Below the pieces are notes generated by a model. The model was not told the DNA's origin, made no database searches, and saw only the letters and a program-made list of their open reading frames with translations. From assembly GCA_050873265.1 (NCBI GenBank), contig JBNMIL010000001.1, positions 1,606 through 65,605 on the forward strand: DNA of 64,000 nucleotides, in the 5' to 3' direction. Below, piece by piece: positions 10,207-21,626 of this stretch. The position numbers and the translations under genes were made by a program. Position 1 is the stretch's first letter, and every line of letters starts with the position of its first letter. The DNA comes from Angelakisella sp. GTDB lineage: Bacteria; Bacillota; Clostridia; Oscillospirales; Ruminococcaceae.

Positions 10207-12374
10207 GAAAGCACCGCCCTTTTCACTGAAGATACGCCGGGAATCCGGCTGAGATTATTGATAATGGTCTGAAGCTGGTTCAAGTCATTGATTCCTATGG
10301 AAACCTGAATACTCGTTTGGCCGGTTTTCAGTTCCTTTGCCATAACGGAATGAATGGGAATTCTCATGTTGCCAAGCTGCACGCTTACGTCTGCCAAAAT
10401 CCCGATGCGGTCGGAAGCGAGAATATCCAAAGTGGACTTAAAGGTCTCCTTCACCTTACTTGCCCATGTCGCGTTTACCCAGCGCTCGGGGTCTTCCCCG
10501 CGACGGCGGGCATTCACCACATTGGCACAGTCGCACTTATGAATGGAAACACCAAACCCACGGGTGATAAAGCCGACGATCTCATCACCGGGCAGCGGAT
10601 TACAGCAGCGTGCAAACTTGATAAGGCACCCCTCCAGCCCCTCCACGATAACGCCGTTGGAGGCTTTCTGCGAGGTCTTTTTCGCGGTCGGCGCCAGTGT
10701 CTGCTCCGGCTTGCGGTACAGGCGGATAAAGTCGTCCTTGACACGCGGCATGATCTTTTCCAGCGAAACACCGCCATAGCCGATAGAAGCGTAAAAATCA
10801 TCTACCGTGTTGTATTTCTGCCGCGCCGCGATATCCGCGATAAACTTTTCCCGTTCCTCCGGCGGAGGTGCGATAAGGTTGCGGCGCATTTCCTTTTCCA
10901 GCGCCAGCTTACCCTCGGCAATGTTCTCCTCCCGCTTTTCCTTTTTGAACCACGAGCGGATCTTGTTGCGAGCCTCACTGGTTTTTACGATCTTCAGCCA
11001 ATCGCGGCTGGGACCGTTGCTCTGTGTTGTGGAGGTAATGATCTCCACGATCATACCGGTCTTTACCTTATAGTCCAATGAGACCATGCGCCCGTCCACC
11101 TTGGCGCCGACCATCTTATTGCCGACCTCGGAGTGAATGGCATAGGCAAAGTCCACCACAGTGGAACCTTGAGGCAGCCGGATCACATCGCCGCGCGGCG
11201 TAAAGACGAAAACTTCCTCCGGCGCGATGTCGGTCTTGATGGATTTTACGATATCCTCCACATCGTCGGAATCCTTCTGAGATTCCAGCAGCTGCCGGAT
11301 CCACGCCAAGCGCTCGTCCAGCGCGTCCTTGCCCTCCATGCCGATCTTATACTTCCAATGCGCCGCGACACCGTATTCCGCCGTATAGTGCATATCCCAG
11401 GTGCGGATCTGCACCTCAAAGGGCACGCCCTCTTTATCCAGCACGGTGGTGTGCAGCGACTGGTACATGTTCTGCTTGGGGGTGGAAATATAGTCCTTGA
11501 ACCGGTTGGGGATCGGGCGCAGCATATCGTGGATAATGCCCAAAATGTTGTAGCACTCCAGCACAGTATCCACAATGATACGCACCGCGTAAATATCGTA
11601 GATCTCGTCAAAAGAGCGTCCCTGCATATACATCTTGCGGTAAATGCCGTAAATACTCTTTACCCGTCCGTCGATCTGCGCGGTGACATGCTCCTCCTCC
11701 AGCCGCGCCTCAATGCGCTTGATGATATTGCTGAGGAATGCTTCTCTATCCTCTTTGCGCAGCGCCAGCTGCTGCTCTATCTCATGGTACGCCACCGGAT
11801 CGAGGTGCTTCAGAGAAAGATCCTCCAGCTCCTCCTTGACGCTGCGGATACCAAGTCGGTGCGCCAGCGGAGCGTAGATCTCCATGGTCTCCAGCGACTT
11901 GACACGCTGTTTTTCCGGAATACGGTAATCCAGCGTGCGCATATTATGTAGCCGGTCCGCCAGCTTGATGATCACAACTCGGACATCTTTTGCCATCGCC
12001 AGCAGCATTTTGCGCACATTTTCCGCCTGCTGCTCCGCGCGGCTGGAATACGGGATATTGGCAAGCTTTGTCACACCGTCCACCAGCTCCGCCACATCGC
12101 CGCCGAACTGTTTTTCAATGTCCTCCAGCGTTACCGTGGTATCCTCCACCACATCATGCAGCAGTCCGCCGATGATGGTGTCGGAATCCATGCCCAGTCC
12201 CACCAGAATAACGGCAACTTCAATGGGGTGAGAAATATAAGGATCGCCGGAGGAGCGCATCTGCCCCTCGTGCGCCTTTTTTGCCAGCTCGTATGCCGCT
12301 TCTATCCGCGGCAGGTCGTAGCTTTTATTGGATTTTTCAATGGCATCTGCCAGTTTTGCATACAGGGCGTCCAT
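10203..12374 (-). CDS. relA: bifunctional (p)ppGpp synthetase/hydrolase
   Basis: HDVVED HD domain, [30 protein letters not shown] and ACT regions. Confidence 0.97.
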   Translation of the reverse strand: MDALYAKLADAIEKSNKSYDLPRIEAAYELAKKAHEGQMRSSGDPYISHPIEVAVILVGLGMDSDTIIGGLLHDVVEDTTVTLEDIEKQFGGDVAELVDGVTKLANIPYSSRAEQQAENVRKMLLAMAKDVRVVIIKLADRLHNMRTLDYRIPEKQRVKSLETMEIYAPLAHRLGIRSVKEELEDLSLKHLDPVAYHEIEQQLALRKEDREAFLSNIIKRIEARLEEEHVTAQIDGRVKSIYGIYRKMYMQGRSFDEIYDIYAVRIIVDTVLECYNILGIIHDMLRPIPNRFKDYISTPKQNMYQSLHTTVLDKEGVPFEVQIRTWDMHYTAEYGVAAHWKYKIGMEGKDALDERLAWIRQLLESQKDSDDVEDIVKSIKTDIAPEEVFVFTPRGDVIRLPQGSTVVDFAYAIHSEVGNKMVGAKVDGRMVSLDYKVKTGMIVEIITSTTQSNGPSRDWLKIVKTSEARNKIRSWFKKEKREENIAEGKLALEKEMRRNLIAPPPEEREKFIADIAARQKYNTVDDFYASIGYGGVSLEKIMPRVKDDFIRLYRKPEQTLAPTAKKTSQKASNGVIVEGLEGCLIKFARCCNPLPGDEIVGFITRGFGVSIHKCDCANVVNARRRGEDPERWVNATWASKVKETFKSTLDILASDRIGILADVSVQLGNMRIPIHSVMAKELKTGQTSIQVSIGINDLNQLQTIINNLSRIPGVSSVKRAVLS

Positions 12375-12381
12375 CGCTCAC

Positions 12382-14427
12382 CTATCCTTTCTGGAGCTTT
12401 CTGAAGGTCGAAGAATATTCCAGCTCCACCTTTTTGTCTCCGTTTTTTATCCGGAAGCATTCCGGCTGCGTCTCCTCCATCAGCTCCAGCTCCCGCATAA
12501 TCTGCAGGGCAGCCAGATGCTTGAAGTAGGTGTAGCCCTCCAGCTTTTTACGCAGTATGTAGTATAGTCCGTCCGTTCCCACCGTAATGGGGCTGTTGTC
12601 CCGCAGGTAGCGGTAAACGCCGATCAGGTCATTGCGGGCAAAGCTCTCCGCTGCGTCCGCAGTCTCCTCCCCGCGCATGACCGCCTCGAAGGTCGCCGCG
12701 GCGCGCAGGGTCTCCCCCTGCCGCCAGCCCGTGGGGTGGACATTCACCACCCGTACCGAAACGGTGCGCTGGTCATTATATTCATTGATGCTTAGGCTAC
12801 ATGCCACATCAATACGGTCGCCCACTGTAAAGGGAAATTGATTCACAGCCATTCCGAAGTACACCAGCGGAACAGTATATTTCCCTGCCTGCACACTCAT
12901 TCGCAGATGGTTGCCGTTCCCGATGGCGCTGACCGACTGCACCGTAACGCCGGAAAGCAAAAAGGTCGGTGCGGGGTTTTCGCACCCAAAAGGTGAAAGC
13001 CTGTCCATCTCCTCCACATTCGCCACCGTGATCTCCTCCGGCGTGATGGGAGCATCGAGCTTCACCACATGCACCGGCATAATGGGATAGTGCTCCGCGG
13101 CGTATTCCTCCAAAGCGGTGGTAAAGGCAGGGATATCCTCCTCTGCCAGCGTAAAGCCTGCTGCCATGGGGTGCCCGCCGAATTTCTGCAGCTTATCACT
13201 GCACGCGGTAATGGCATCGATGATGCTGAAGCCCTCCACACTGCGCGCCGAACCGCGCGCAATGCCATCGGAGCAGGAAATGACGATGCAGGGTTTACGG
13301 TAACGCTCCACCATGCGGGCGGCGGAAATACCGATAACGCCCAAATGCCAGTCATCACCTACTAAAGTCAGAATTCTGTTATGTAAAAGCAGCGGCTTTT
13401 TCCGCAGCAGCTCCTCCGCCTCGGCGGAGATGCTCTCCTCCATACGGCGGCGCTCGGCGTTCAGCTTTTCTATCTCCGCTGCAAGCGCTGCCGCCTGTTC
13501 ATCATTCTGGGTCAGCAGCAGCTGCACTGCCGTATCCACACTGCCGATCCGTCCGGTCACATTGATACGCGGCGCCAGCATAAAGGATACGGTATCACTG
13601 TGGCAGGCAGTCAGGTCGGCTTTGGCGTTCTGTGCCAGTGCCTGCAAGCCGGGGCGGTCGGTATGTGCCAGTATCTCCAGTCCCATGCGCGCCAGCGTGC
13701 GGTTTTCCCCTGTCAGCGGCACTACATCGGCAAGGGTCGCTATTGCCGCCAGGTCGCCGTACTGCTCCAGCAGCAGCTCCTGCGCGTCCTCCCCCTGCAT
13801 CTGCTGCTCCAGCGCTGCAATCAGCTTGAATGCCATCGCCGCGCCGCACAGGTATCTGCTGGGGGAACCGTCCTCCTCAAATGCGGAATTGACCAGCGCA
13901 TCGGCGGGCGGCAGCTGCTGCGGCAGGGCATGGTGGTCGGTCACCACTACCTCTATCCCCGCTTCCTTGGCTCGTGCGATCTCCTCCACGGCGGAAATCC
14001 CGTTATCCACGGTAATAATAAGCTCAATGCCCGAGGAAATGATCATCTCCATGGTCTGCATCGAAAGTCCGTACCCCTCGCCAAGACGCTCCGGAATGTA
14101 ATAGCATACATCGGCGCCCTCGCCCTCAAGGTACTCATACAGCATCACCGTAGCGGTAATGCCGTCGCAGTCGTAGTCCCCAAAGACCAATATCTTTTTT
14201 CCTTCGTTTATTGCCCGCCGGACGATAGTAACCGCTTTTTCCATATCATGCAGCAGCATGGGGTCACACAGCGGCTGGGAGCAGTTCAAAAACTCCCTTG
14301 CCGCTGCGCCGTCCGTGATCCCGCGCGCCGCAAGCACACGGCACAGGAACATCGGCAGAGGACGGTTTTCCACGATCATCGGATCTGCCTTTGCAAAATT
14401 CTCTTTCCATGCAAAAAAGCGCATCAA
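12382..14427 (-). CDS. recJ: ssDNA-specific exonuclease RecJ
   Basis: GDYDCDG, TVDNG, TDHH, RGSARS, GGHPMAAG; start codon uncertain. Confidence 0.95.
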   Translation of the reverse strand: MMRFFAWKENFAKADPMIVENRPLPMFLCRVLAARGITDGAAAREFLNCSQPLCDPMLLHDMEKAVTIVRRAINEGKKILVFGDYDCDGITATVMLYEYLEGEGADVCYYIPERLGEGYGLSMQTMEMIISSGIELIITVDNGISAVEEIARAKEAGIEVVVTDHHALPQQLPPADALVNSAFEEDGSPSRYLCGAAMAFKLIAALEQQMQGEDAQELLLEQYGDLAAIATLADVVPLTGENRTLARMGLEILAHTDRPGLQALAQNAKADLTACHSDTVSFMLAPRINVTGRIGSVDTAVQLLLTQNDEQAAALAAEIEKLNAERRRMEESISAEAEELLRKKPLLLHNRILTLVGDDWHLGVIGISAARMVERYRKPCIVISCSDGIARGSARSVEGFSIIDAITACSDKLQKFGGHPMAAGFTLAEEDIPAFTTALEEYAAEHYPIMPVHVVKLDAPITPEEITVANVEEMDRLSPFGCENPAPTFLLSGVTVQSVSAIGNGNHLRMSVQAGKYTVPLVYFGMAVNQFPFTVGDRIDVACSLSINEYNDQRTVSVRVVNVHPTGWRQGETLRAAATFEAVMRGEETADAAESFARNDLIGVYRYLRDNSPITVGTDGLYYILRKKLEGYTYFKHLAALQIMRELELMEETQPECFRIKNGDKKVELEYSSTFRKLQKG

Positions 14428-14491
14428 GCCGTCCTCCTTTCCGTCGCTTTATCAGTTTGATAAAATATTATATCACAATTTGTCGTACAAT

Positions 14492-16078
14492 TCAATCATT
14501 CGGCGGGCAAAACCGTGTAATGACCGCACCGGCAGTGTGAATACCGTCCACCGCCGAGCTCATAATGCCGCCGGCATAGCCGCTGCCCTCGCCGCAGGGG
14601 TACAGTCCTTCGGTCGAAACGCTTTGTCTGTCCTCCCCGCGCACAATGCGCACCGGCGAGGAGGTCCTCGTCTCCGGCGCCGTCAGAACAGCGTCCGGCG
14701 CGGCATAGCCCTTTATTCTGCGGTCAAATACTGCCAGCCCCTTTTTCATCTGTTCCGTCACAAAGGACGGCAGAATTCTTGTAAAGTCAATTGGCTTCAC
14801 ACCAATTGCGTAAGTGGGTTCTACCCTGCCCCACTCCGCTCCGGCAAGTCCCTGCATCAATCGTCCGACGGTCTGCACCGGTGCGTGGTAATCTCCCACG
14901 GAGGCGTATGCACGGCGTTCTATCGCCTGCTGGAACCACACCCCGTCCAGTGGGTGATCGCCGTAATCTCGATGATCCACCGAGACCACCAGCGCGGCAT
15001 TGGCATTCTTCCCCGCACGGCTGTGGTAGCTCATGCCGTTTGTCACTATGGTTTTTTCTTCGGAAGACGCCGGCACCACGACACCGCCCGGGCACATGCA
15101 AAAGGTATAAACCGCCCGTCCCGTTTCCGGCTCCCGCTCCGAGAGCTGGTACTCGGCGTGCCCCAGCTTGGGGTGTCCGGCGTAGTCGCCGTACATGGCA
15201 CGGTCTATCTCCTCCTGCAAATGCTCGATCCGTGCGCCGACCGAAAAGGGCTTTGCCTCTATCGCAATGCCCCGCTCCAGACAGCAGGCAAACAGCGGCC
15301 TTGCCGCGTTGCCGGGCGCCAGTATCAGGCAGTCGCAGGGGATCTCTTCCCCTTGCGTTATGACGGCGGTGATCTTCCCGTCCTTTGTGATGAAATCCTC
15401 CGCCGCCGTATGGAAGCGCACCTCACCGCCCAGCGCCGTGATTTCCTGCCGGATCGCCACAACGACCTTTCGCAGCAGATCGGTGCCGATATGCGGCTTC
15501 GCGGCGGTCAGTATTTCCTTCGGTGCGCCGTGCGCCACAAATTCCTCCAGCACCGTGCGGCAAAAGCCGTCGTTAATACGGGTCATCAGCTTTCCGTCGG
15601 AGAATGTCCCTGCGCCGCCCTCGCCAAACTGGATATTGGAGCTTTCGTTCAGCCGCCGCTCCTGCCAGAAGGCTTCCACATCAGCGCAGCGTTCCTCCAT
15701 CGGGGCGCCCTGTTCCAGAATGATCGGTCGATAACCCGCCCGCGCCAAGGTAAGTCCGCAGAACATGCCGGCGGGTCCCAGCCCGATGATCACCGGACGG
15801 TGCCGCAGTGGTTCCGTTCCCTGCCGGAACTCCGGCTTTTCCTCCCGCAGCAGGCGGCATTTTCCGTTTTCCGGCAGGGCAATGCCCTCTTTCAGTGTTG
15901 CCGCAACGGTGTAGTTCAGCCGGATATAATCTTTTTTGCGGGCGTCTACACTCCTGCGGTAGATATCCACCGACAACAGATCGCTCCCGCGGCACCGCAG
16001 CGTGCGCAGCGCCTCCCGACGGAGATCCGCTTCACTCTCCAGCGGCACTATAATATTGTTGATCAGATAAATGCTCAT
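14492..16078 (-). CDS. FAD-dependent oxidoreductase
   Basis: GLGPAG Rossmann motif, FGEGGAGTFSDGKL, TFCMCPGG, ETRTSSP, GEGSGYAGGI. Confidence 0.9.
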   Translation of the reverse strand: MSIYLINNIIVPLESEADLRREALRTLRCRGSDLLSVDIYRRSVDARKKDYIRLNYTVAATLKEGIALPENGKCRLLREEKPEFRQGTEPLRHRPVIIGLGPAGMFCGLTLARAGYRPIILEQGAPMEERCADVEAFWQERRLNESSNIQFGEGGAGTFSDGKLMTRINDGFCRTVLEEFVAHGAPKEILTAAKPHIGTDLLRKVVVAIRQEITALGGEVRFHTAAEDFITKDGKITAVITQGEEIPCDCLILAPGNAARPLFACCLERGIAIEAKPFSVGARIEHLQEEIDRAMYGDYAGHPKLGHAEYQLSEREPETGRAVYTFCMCPGGVVVPASSEEKTIVTNGMSYHSRAGKNANAALVVSVDHRDYGDHPLDGVWFQQAIERRAYASVGDYHAPVQTVGRLMQGLAGAEWGRVEPTYAIGVKPIDFTRILPSFVTEQMKKGLAVFDRRIKGYAAPDAVLTAPETRTSSPVRIVRGEDRQSVSTEGLYPCGEGSGYAGGIMSSAVDGIHTAGAVITRFCPPND

Positions 16079-16146
16079 CGTAAACTCCCACGAAAGAAAA
16101 TTCAGCTCTGCCCATAAAAAGCAGAGCCGAAAGTTTCAAGGTCAAA

Positions 16147-17415
16147 TTAACCCGCCTTGGCATCGACTGTTACGCTGTATTCGCCTACCGCCCATACAAA
16201 GCCCTTGGTCGGCGCGTAAATGGAAACGGGAATCTCGTACTTACCGTTGCGCAGGTTCATATCGGAAAGATCGACCTTTACCACAAAGTCGCCTGCCGCA
16301 ATGCCGCTGATAATACTCTTTCTGCCCAGAACATAGACACGCAGCGATTCTTCCTCCACCGTTGCCGTGTAGCCGTCCGGCACATTCACGATCTGGAAGT
16401 TCTTAAGGCTCAGGCTGGTCGATGCCAGATCGTCCGCCTCAAAAGAGGCCGTCACGACCTCCGTGTCGTCCATATTGGTAAAGCCCTCCGGCAGCTGCAC
16501 CGTAAAGTCCATTTGCGAGGAGGTCAGCAGATTCATCTGCTTAAAGTCGATATACCCCAGCACCAGGCTGCTGTGACTGCGCAATACGGAATCCTCTGCC
16601 GCCACAGTAAGCGTATCCACCGAAAGGGTGTAAGAAAGCTCCTCCTCGGGGAAATTTTCCGGTACATTGAGGAACGAGACCACCAGCGGCAGCGTTGCAA
16701 CACGCTTTACCGGAATGGTGACCGCCACGCTGTTTACATCTTGGTGGAAATAGGTGATATCCTCGGTCTCCAGCCGGTTGCCCTCCGCGTCGTAGTACAC
16801 AATCTTGGAGTTCTGACTCTGGGTGCTGCTCACCTCACGGGTAAAGTTCACCTCGATCACCGCGCGCTCCACGCGGGAAATGAAGCTCTCCGCACCGCTG
16901 ATCTCCACGGTGGAGGGATCCAGCGTGATCTCATTTTCCGGCGCGATGTAGTCCGCCGGTGTGGTCAGCCCCGTAATGCTGGGCTGAATCTGCAGGAGCT
17001 TTGTGGTGCGCGCCTCAAAGGTCAGTGTAACCGTAGAAGGCGAAATGGAGGTGACCGTATAACTTCTGGTGCCGTTATCGCTTACCACCAGCGGCACTTC
17101 ATAGGTGCCAGGCTCGGTGATCGCGGAAGCGTCGGCGACCACCCGCACATTCTCCGGACCGTAATTGCCGATCTCGAACTGCTTGCCGTCCAGCACCAGC
17201 GCGACCTTGGTATCCGCGCCGTCCACTACCTCCAGCATCGCGCTGGTGGGGATATCCACCGTAATGGGAACATCTTTTATGGCTTTTGTGATCTCCGGCG
17301 CCGCCAGCATCGCTGCCATCCACACAAAAAGCGCTATGACGATCGAGAGTATGATCCGCAGCGTTTTGGGACGGTCGGCAGAGGGGTTCACCGCTTCACT
17401 TTGATTCTTGTTCAT
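16147..17415 (-). CDS. cdaR: CdaR/YbbR-like regulator of diadenylate cyclase
   Basis: Single N-terminal TM plus repeated beta-rich YbbR-like segments; overlaps cdaA. Confidence 0.82.
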   Translation of the reverse strand: MNKNQSEAVNPSADRPKTLRIILSIVIALFVWMAAMLAAPEITKAIKDVPITVDIPTSAMLEVVDGADTKVALVLDGKQFEIGNYGPENVRVVADASAITEPGTYEVPLVVSDNGTRSYTVTSISPSTVTLTFEARTTKLLQIQPSITGLTTPADYIAPENEITLDPSTVEISGAESFISRVERAVIEVNFTREVSSTQSQNSKIVYYDAEGNRLETEDITYFHQDVNSVAVTIPVKRVATLPLVVSFLNVPENFPEEELSYTLSVDTLTVAAEDSVLRSHSSLVLGYIDFKQMNLLTSSQMDFTVQLPEGFTNMDDTEVVTASFEADDLASTSLSLKNFQIVNVPDGYTATVEEESLRVYVLGRKSIISGIAAGDFVVKVDLSDMNLRNGKYEIPVSIYAPTKGFVWAVGEYSVTVDAKAG

Positions 17416-18301
17416 GTCCGTTTCTCCTAAAAAGGTTCATCAGCGTATCCATCGCGCTGCCCTTTTTTACTTCCTGCTCCGAGAGCAGCTCGTCGCACAA
17501 AATCGAATTCAGGCTGTTTACCGTCAGCCGCAGGTTCAGCTTGCCGTCCTTAGCAACCGAGATCGCGCCCGTCTCCTCCGAGACAATAACGATCAGCGCA
17601 TCGCTGACCTCCGACATACCCAGCGCCGCCCGGTGACGGGTGCCCAGCGTCCGGCTGATATCGTAGTTGTTGGAAAGGGGCAAAAAGCACCCCGCCGCGT
17701 GTACCCTGCCGTCGCGGATCACCATAGCTCCGTCGTGCAGCGGTGAATTCTTGAAAAAGATATTGCGGATTAGCTCAGCGGAGGGGTTGGCATCTACCAG
17801 CGTACCGGTCGCTATGATATCTCCCAGGCGGGTGCTGCGCTCAATAACAATCAGGGCGCCGGTGCGCTCTTTGGAAAGCATGGCGCAGCTATCGCATATC
17901 GCGTTGATGCAGCGCATCACATTGCTGTTGTTTTCAAAGCTGTTGCCTCCGATGCTGTTCACCGTTTTCCGGATCTGCGTCAGCGAAAAACTGGTACGTC
18001 CCAGCTTCTCCAGCACTTTGCGCAGCTCCGGCTGAAAAATGATTAGCAGCGCGAAAACGCCGTAGGTGATCAAATAGCGGATAATGGCGCTGACCGCACG
18101 CAGCTGAAACGCCCGTGCCAGCACATACACCAGTATGATTCCGAGCACGCCCTTGATCAGCTGTCCCGCGCGGGTCTCCCGCAGCAGGTTGATCAGCTTA
18201 TATACCAGATATGCAACAATGAGAATATCCAAAATATCCTGCACACGGATACTGCGCAGGATATCCCAGAATACCTCCATTGAGGTGATTGATTTGAACA
18301 T
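17396..18301 (-). CDS. cdaA: diadenylate cyclase CdaA
   Basis: Three N-terminal TMs, IFQPELR, PLHDGA, LGTRHRAA, VSEETG. Confidence 0.96.
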   Translation of the reverse strand: MFKSITSMEVFWDILRSIRVQDILDILIVAYLVYKLINLLRETRAGQLIKGVLGIILVYVLARAFQLRAVSAIIRYLITYGVFALLIIFQPELRKVLEKLGRTSFSLTQIRKTVNSIGGNSFENNSNVMRCINAICDSCAMLSKERTGALIVIERSTRLGDIIATGTLVDANPSAELIRNIFFKNSPLHDGAMVIRDGRVHAAGCFLPLSNNYDISRTLGTRHRAALGMSEVSDALIVIVSEETGAISVAKDGKLNLRLTVNSLNSILCDELLSEQEVKKGSAMDTLMNLFRRNGHEQESK

Positions 18302-18309
18302 CGGTCACA

Positions 18310-19029
18310 TCACTTCCACTCATTCAGGATCTTGCAGACGCGGCTTCCAGCACCGCCGGTGCTCTTTTCCGGCTCCACCGGCTGCTGCACCGTCCCTCTG
18401 CGGCGCAGCGTCACCTTATGTACCTTCGGCTTTTCCTCTGCCGGCTTTTCCGTTTTGCCGCACCGGGCTGCCGCGCGGCAGCAGGGCACTTCCGCTTCCA
18501 GCCGGTTAAAATCCTTTTCAAACTGGTCCAGCCGCTCGGCAAACTGCACCCTTATCTCGTCCAGCTGGTTTTTCAGCCCGTTAAAGTCCTCATGCCGCCC
18601 CTTGAATAGATCCGCCTGCAGCTTCGCCTCGTTCAGATCCGCCCGCAGGTCGTTCAGGGCAGCCTCCTGCTCGTTCACCTTCGCCTGCATTTTCTTGTTC
18701 AGTTCCATCTGCAGCTGCAGGGCATTTTCCTTCTCCCGCAGCTGCGCCGCCAGCTTATTGGTGCGTTCCCGCAGGCGGGCGCAGTCCGTGCCCTGCTCGG
18801 TCATGCGGCGCTGCTTTTCCTCGCTGTCGCTCACTGCCTGCTTGTACTGCGCGGTCAGCGCCTCCAGCTTTTCGTTCAGCTCGGCAGCCTTGCGGTCCAG
18901 CGTATCGTTACGCACCGCCAGCTCCTCCAGCGCTTCCCGTGCCTGCCTGTCCTGCTCATAAATATAGTCCAGCACCGCCTTACGCTCAAACCCAAACATG
19001 GCAGTGGGAAAACGCTTTGCCTCCTGCAA
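18310..19029 (-). CDS. coiled-coil protein with DivIVA-like N-terminus
   Basis: TTG start after AAGGAG; FPTAMFGFERKAVLDYI resembles the DivIVA domain; long heptad region follows. Confidence 0.6.
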   Translation of the reverse strand: MQEAKRFPTAMFGFERKAVLDYIYEQDRQAREALEELAVRNDTLDRKAAELNEKLEALTAQYKQAVSDSEEKQRRMTEQGTDCARLRERTNKLAAQLREKENALQLQMELNKKMQAKVNEQEAALNDLRADLNEAKLQADLFKGRHEDFNGLKNQLDEIRVQFAERLDQFEKDFNRLEAEVPCCRAAARCGKTEKPAEEKPKVHKVTLRRRGTVQQPVEPEKSTGGAGSRVCKILNEWK

Positions 19030-19184
19030 GGAAACACACTCCTTTACGCTGATTATAACTAATGTCAGTATAGCATTTTCTCCCCTGTCAATGCAACAAC
19101 ATTTCACCATATTTCGTCGGGAATTTTCTCCCTCCGTTCGCAAAAAACAAACCGCCGGCACAGGTCTCTCCGGCGGCTCATATT

Positions 19185-19898
19185 TCAGTAGATCCGCTGC
19201 ATATCCTCCCGCAGCCGGCGTATGATCTTCTTCTCCAGTCGGGAGATATACGACTGCGAAATGCCTATGATATCCGCCACCTCCTTTTGGGTTCGTTCCT
19301 CACCGCCGTCCAGCCCAAAGCGCAGCCGCATGATACGCTGCTCCCGCTCACCCAGCCCGTTCACCAGTCCGCGCAGCGCACTGCGCTCCACTTCCTGCTC
19401 CAGCTCTCGGTTCACGGTGTCCCCGTCCGTTCCCAGAATATCAGAAAGCAGAAGCTCGTTGCCGTCCCAGTCCACATTCAGCGGCTCATCTATGGAGACC
19501 TCCGTTTTCTGGTTTTGGATCTTACGCAGGTACATCAGGATCTCATTTTCAATGCAGCGGGAGGCATAGGTCGCCAGCTTGATATTCCTTGAAGGACAAA
19601 AGGTATTCACTGCCTTGATAAGTCCTATCGTTCCAATGGAGATCAGATCCTCTATCCCGATGCCGGTCGATTCAAATTTCCGCGCGATATACACCACCAG
19701 CCGCAGGTTGTGGGTGATCAGCGTTTCCTTGGCCTTGGGGTCGCCCTCCTCCAGCCGCAGGAATACCGCCGCCTCCTGCTCTCGGCTCAAGGGCGCCGGC
19801 AGGTTATCCGAACCGTTGATGTAGTAGATCTCCAGATAATAGCGCAAAAAGTATTTTCGCAGTCTTTTCCTCAGTCGTTCCAGCAGCATTTTCTCCAC
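19185..19898 (-). CDS. sigE: sporulation sigma factor pro-SigE
   Basis: Basic pro-sequence, [44 protein letters not shown]; downstream of spoIIGA. Confidence 0.96.
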   Translation of the reverse strand: MEKMLLERLRKRLRKYFLRYYLEIYYINGSDNLPAPLSREQEAAVFLRLEEGDPKAKETLITHNLRLVVYIARKFESTGIGIEDLISIGTIGLIKAVNTFCPSRNIKLATYASRCIENEILMYLRKIQNQKTEVSIDEPLNVDWDGNELLLSDILGTDGDTVNRELEQEVERSALRGLVNGLGEREQRIMRLRFGLDGGEERTQKEVADIIGISQSYISRLEKKIIRRLREDMQRIY

Positions 19899-19899
19899 C

Positions 19900-20757
19900 T
19901 CACAGCAAAACCTGTATCATCTTCGGGTTAAATACTCCACAGTAATTCCCGTCACCGATGTCCCGCGTCCCCGCCGCGGCAAAGTACCCGCCCAGCTCCG
20001 CGTTTTTCCCGTTTATCACCGTTGTCATTCTCTCCGGTCGGAACGCCGGCAGCAGCTCACAGCCAGTTATCGTTCCGGCAAGCACCCAGCGCAGCTCAGG
20101 CAGTGCCGCCTCGGTATCGATTTCCCGCACCGCCCGCCGCTCCTCGGCGCTCAAAAGCCCCCAGATCTCCGCCGCGTTCACCACCAGCACCGGCAGTCCG
20201 GAAAAAGGCTCCACCAGCCGGTTGCCGCTGTCCGCCAGCGCCAGCACCGGCACCGCCCTGCCTCGCCGTTCTATGGTAATACGGTATAGGTCCCACTTGG
20301 GTTGACGCAGCGCCGTAAAACGGTCAAAAAGCGTCACCGCGCCGTATGCCGCCGCCACACAGCCCAGCAGCAACATGGGCGGAATATTGTAATAAACAAC
20401 ACCATTGGCTGTATAAAAACCCATATCGGGTCTTAATGAGATCGACAGCATGGCAACTCCGGCAAAAATAATGCTTACTATGTAGAATACCCCGATGGCG
20501 CGCAGCAGTCGCCCGCGGCTCAATGCCGGAAAGGCGGTCCCCACCAGCAGTACCGAGACCGCCAGCCGGTACAATAGCTGCCATACGACCGAATGGATCG
20601 GCACAAAAATGATAAACGCTGCAGCCGCCCCCAGCGCTGCCGATATGTACTTTGCCGTCCTGCCGGGACGGACACCCAATATCCGCCCGCACAGCAGCAG
20701 GATAAGAAGCGTTACGGTAAAATTCACCGCCGCCAGCACATCGCCGTATATTTTCAT
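19900..20757 (-). CDS. spoIIGA: sigma-E processing peptidase SpoIIGA
   Basis: MKIYGDV start, five TMs, catalytic DSGN in [18 protein letters not shown]; track ORF is over-extended at the 5' end. Confidence 0.9.
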   Translation of the reverse strand: MKIYGDVLAAVNFTVTLLILLLCGRILGVRPGRTAKYISAALGAAAAFIIFVPIHSVVWQLLYRLAVSVLLVGTAFPALSRGRLLRAIGVFYIVSIIFAGVAMLSISLRPDMGFYTANGVVYYNIPPMLLLGCVAAAYGAVTLFDRFTALRQPKWDLYRITIERRGRAVPVLALADSGNRLVEPFSGLPVLVVNAAEIWGLLSAEERRAVREIDTEAALPELRWVLAGTITGCELLPAFRPERMTTVINGKNAELGGYFAAAGTRDIGDGNYCGVFNPKMIQVLL

Positions 20758-20841
20758 CGGTATTCGCCGCCCTTTCCCGTCGTCACATTCATTGTAGCCC
20801 GTCGCCGGGGATAGAAACGGTCGAAGCGTGGCTGCACCGCC

Positions 20842-20870
20842 TTGACATTTTGCGCGTTTCTCCTTATCAT
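20842..20870 (+). promoter_or_regulatory. sigma-A promoter of nth
   Basis: TTGACA-17 bp-TATCAT. Confidence 0.6.
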
Positions 20871-20895
20871 GGGGGAAGAAAGGAGCGTGACGAAT

Positions 20896-21534
20896 ATGCA
20901 GGAAAAAGAGCGCGTCGCGCGCATCATAGAGGAGCTGGAAAAGCTGTATCCGCAGGATCTCTGTTCTCTCCAATACCGTATCCCGCACGAACTGCTCATT
21001 GCGGTGCGGCTGGCGGCGCAGTGTACCGATGCCCGCGTCAATCAGGTGGTACCGGCGCTGTTTGCCCGCTACCCCTCCATCGAAGACTTTGCCGAAGCCG
21101 ATGTTGCCGATGTGGAGAAAATGGTGCGCAGCTGCGGCTTTTATCACACCAAGGCACGCGATATCGTGGAGATGTGCAAAATGCTGCGGGACGAGTACGA
21201 CGGCGTTGTACCGGATAGCATTGAGGAGCTGACCAAGCTGCCCGGCGTGGGGCGCAAGACCGCCAATCTCATCTGCGGCGATATTTACGGTCAGCCCTCC
21301 TATGTCTGCGATACCCACTGTATCCGCATCACCAACCTGCTGGGGCTTACCACCTCCAAGGATCCCTACAAGGTGGAAATGCAGCTCCGGGAAAAGATCC
21401 CGCCGGAAAAATCCACCGGCTTTTGTCACCGCATGGTGCTGCTGGGGCGGGAGTATTGTATCGCCCGCCGCCCGCAGTGCGCCAAATGCCCGCTTTCTCC
21501 CTATTGCCCCAGTCATACAGATCAGGAAAGCTAA
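20896..21534 (+). CDS. nth: endonuclease III
   Basis: LAAQCTD, HhH LPGVGRKTAN, DTH, C-x6-C-x2-C-x5-C Fe-S motif. Confidence 0.96.
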   Translation: MQEKERVARIIEELEKLYPQDLCSLQYRIPHELLIAVRLAAQCTDARVNQVVPALFARYPSIEDFAEADVADVEKMVRSCGFYHTKARDIVEMCKMLRDEYDGVVPDSIEELTKLPGVGRKTANLICGDIYGQPSYVCDTHCIRITNLLGLTTSKDPYKVEMQLREKIPPEKSTGFCHRMVLLGREYCIARRPQCAKCPLSPYCPSHTDQES

Positions 21535-21626
21535 ATCCCCCACTTTGTTCACATTTTACTGTTTGAAGTTCCGGACAGTATATGATAAAATTATCTCATT
21601 CATTACCCATCAAGGAGGAACATCAT

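Noticed and set aside
14258-16117. 619-aa plus-strand ORF (similarly 51311-53077, 61655-63604, 25052-26335, 7808-8875)
   Set aside because: Antisense shadows of well-supported genes in GC-rich DNA; no motifs or RBS
20760-20840. Spo0A box upstream of spoIIGA
   Set aside because: Only a one-mismatch GGTCGAA, too short to distinguish from chance
20758-21552. Long 5' extension of the spoIIGA ORF in the track
   Set aside because: Overlaps nth on the opposite strand; SpoIIGA similarity starts at MKIYGDV (20757)
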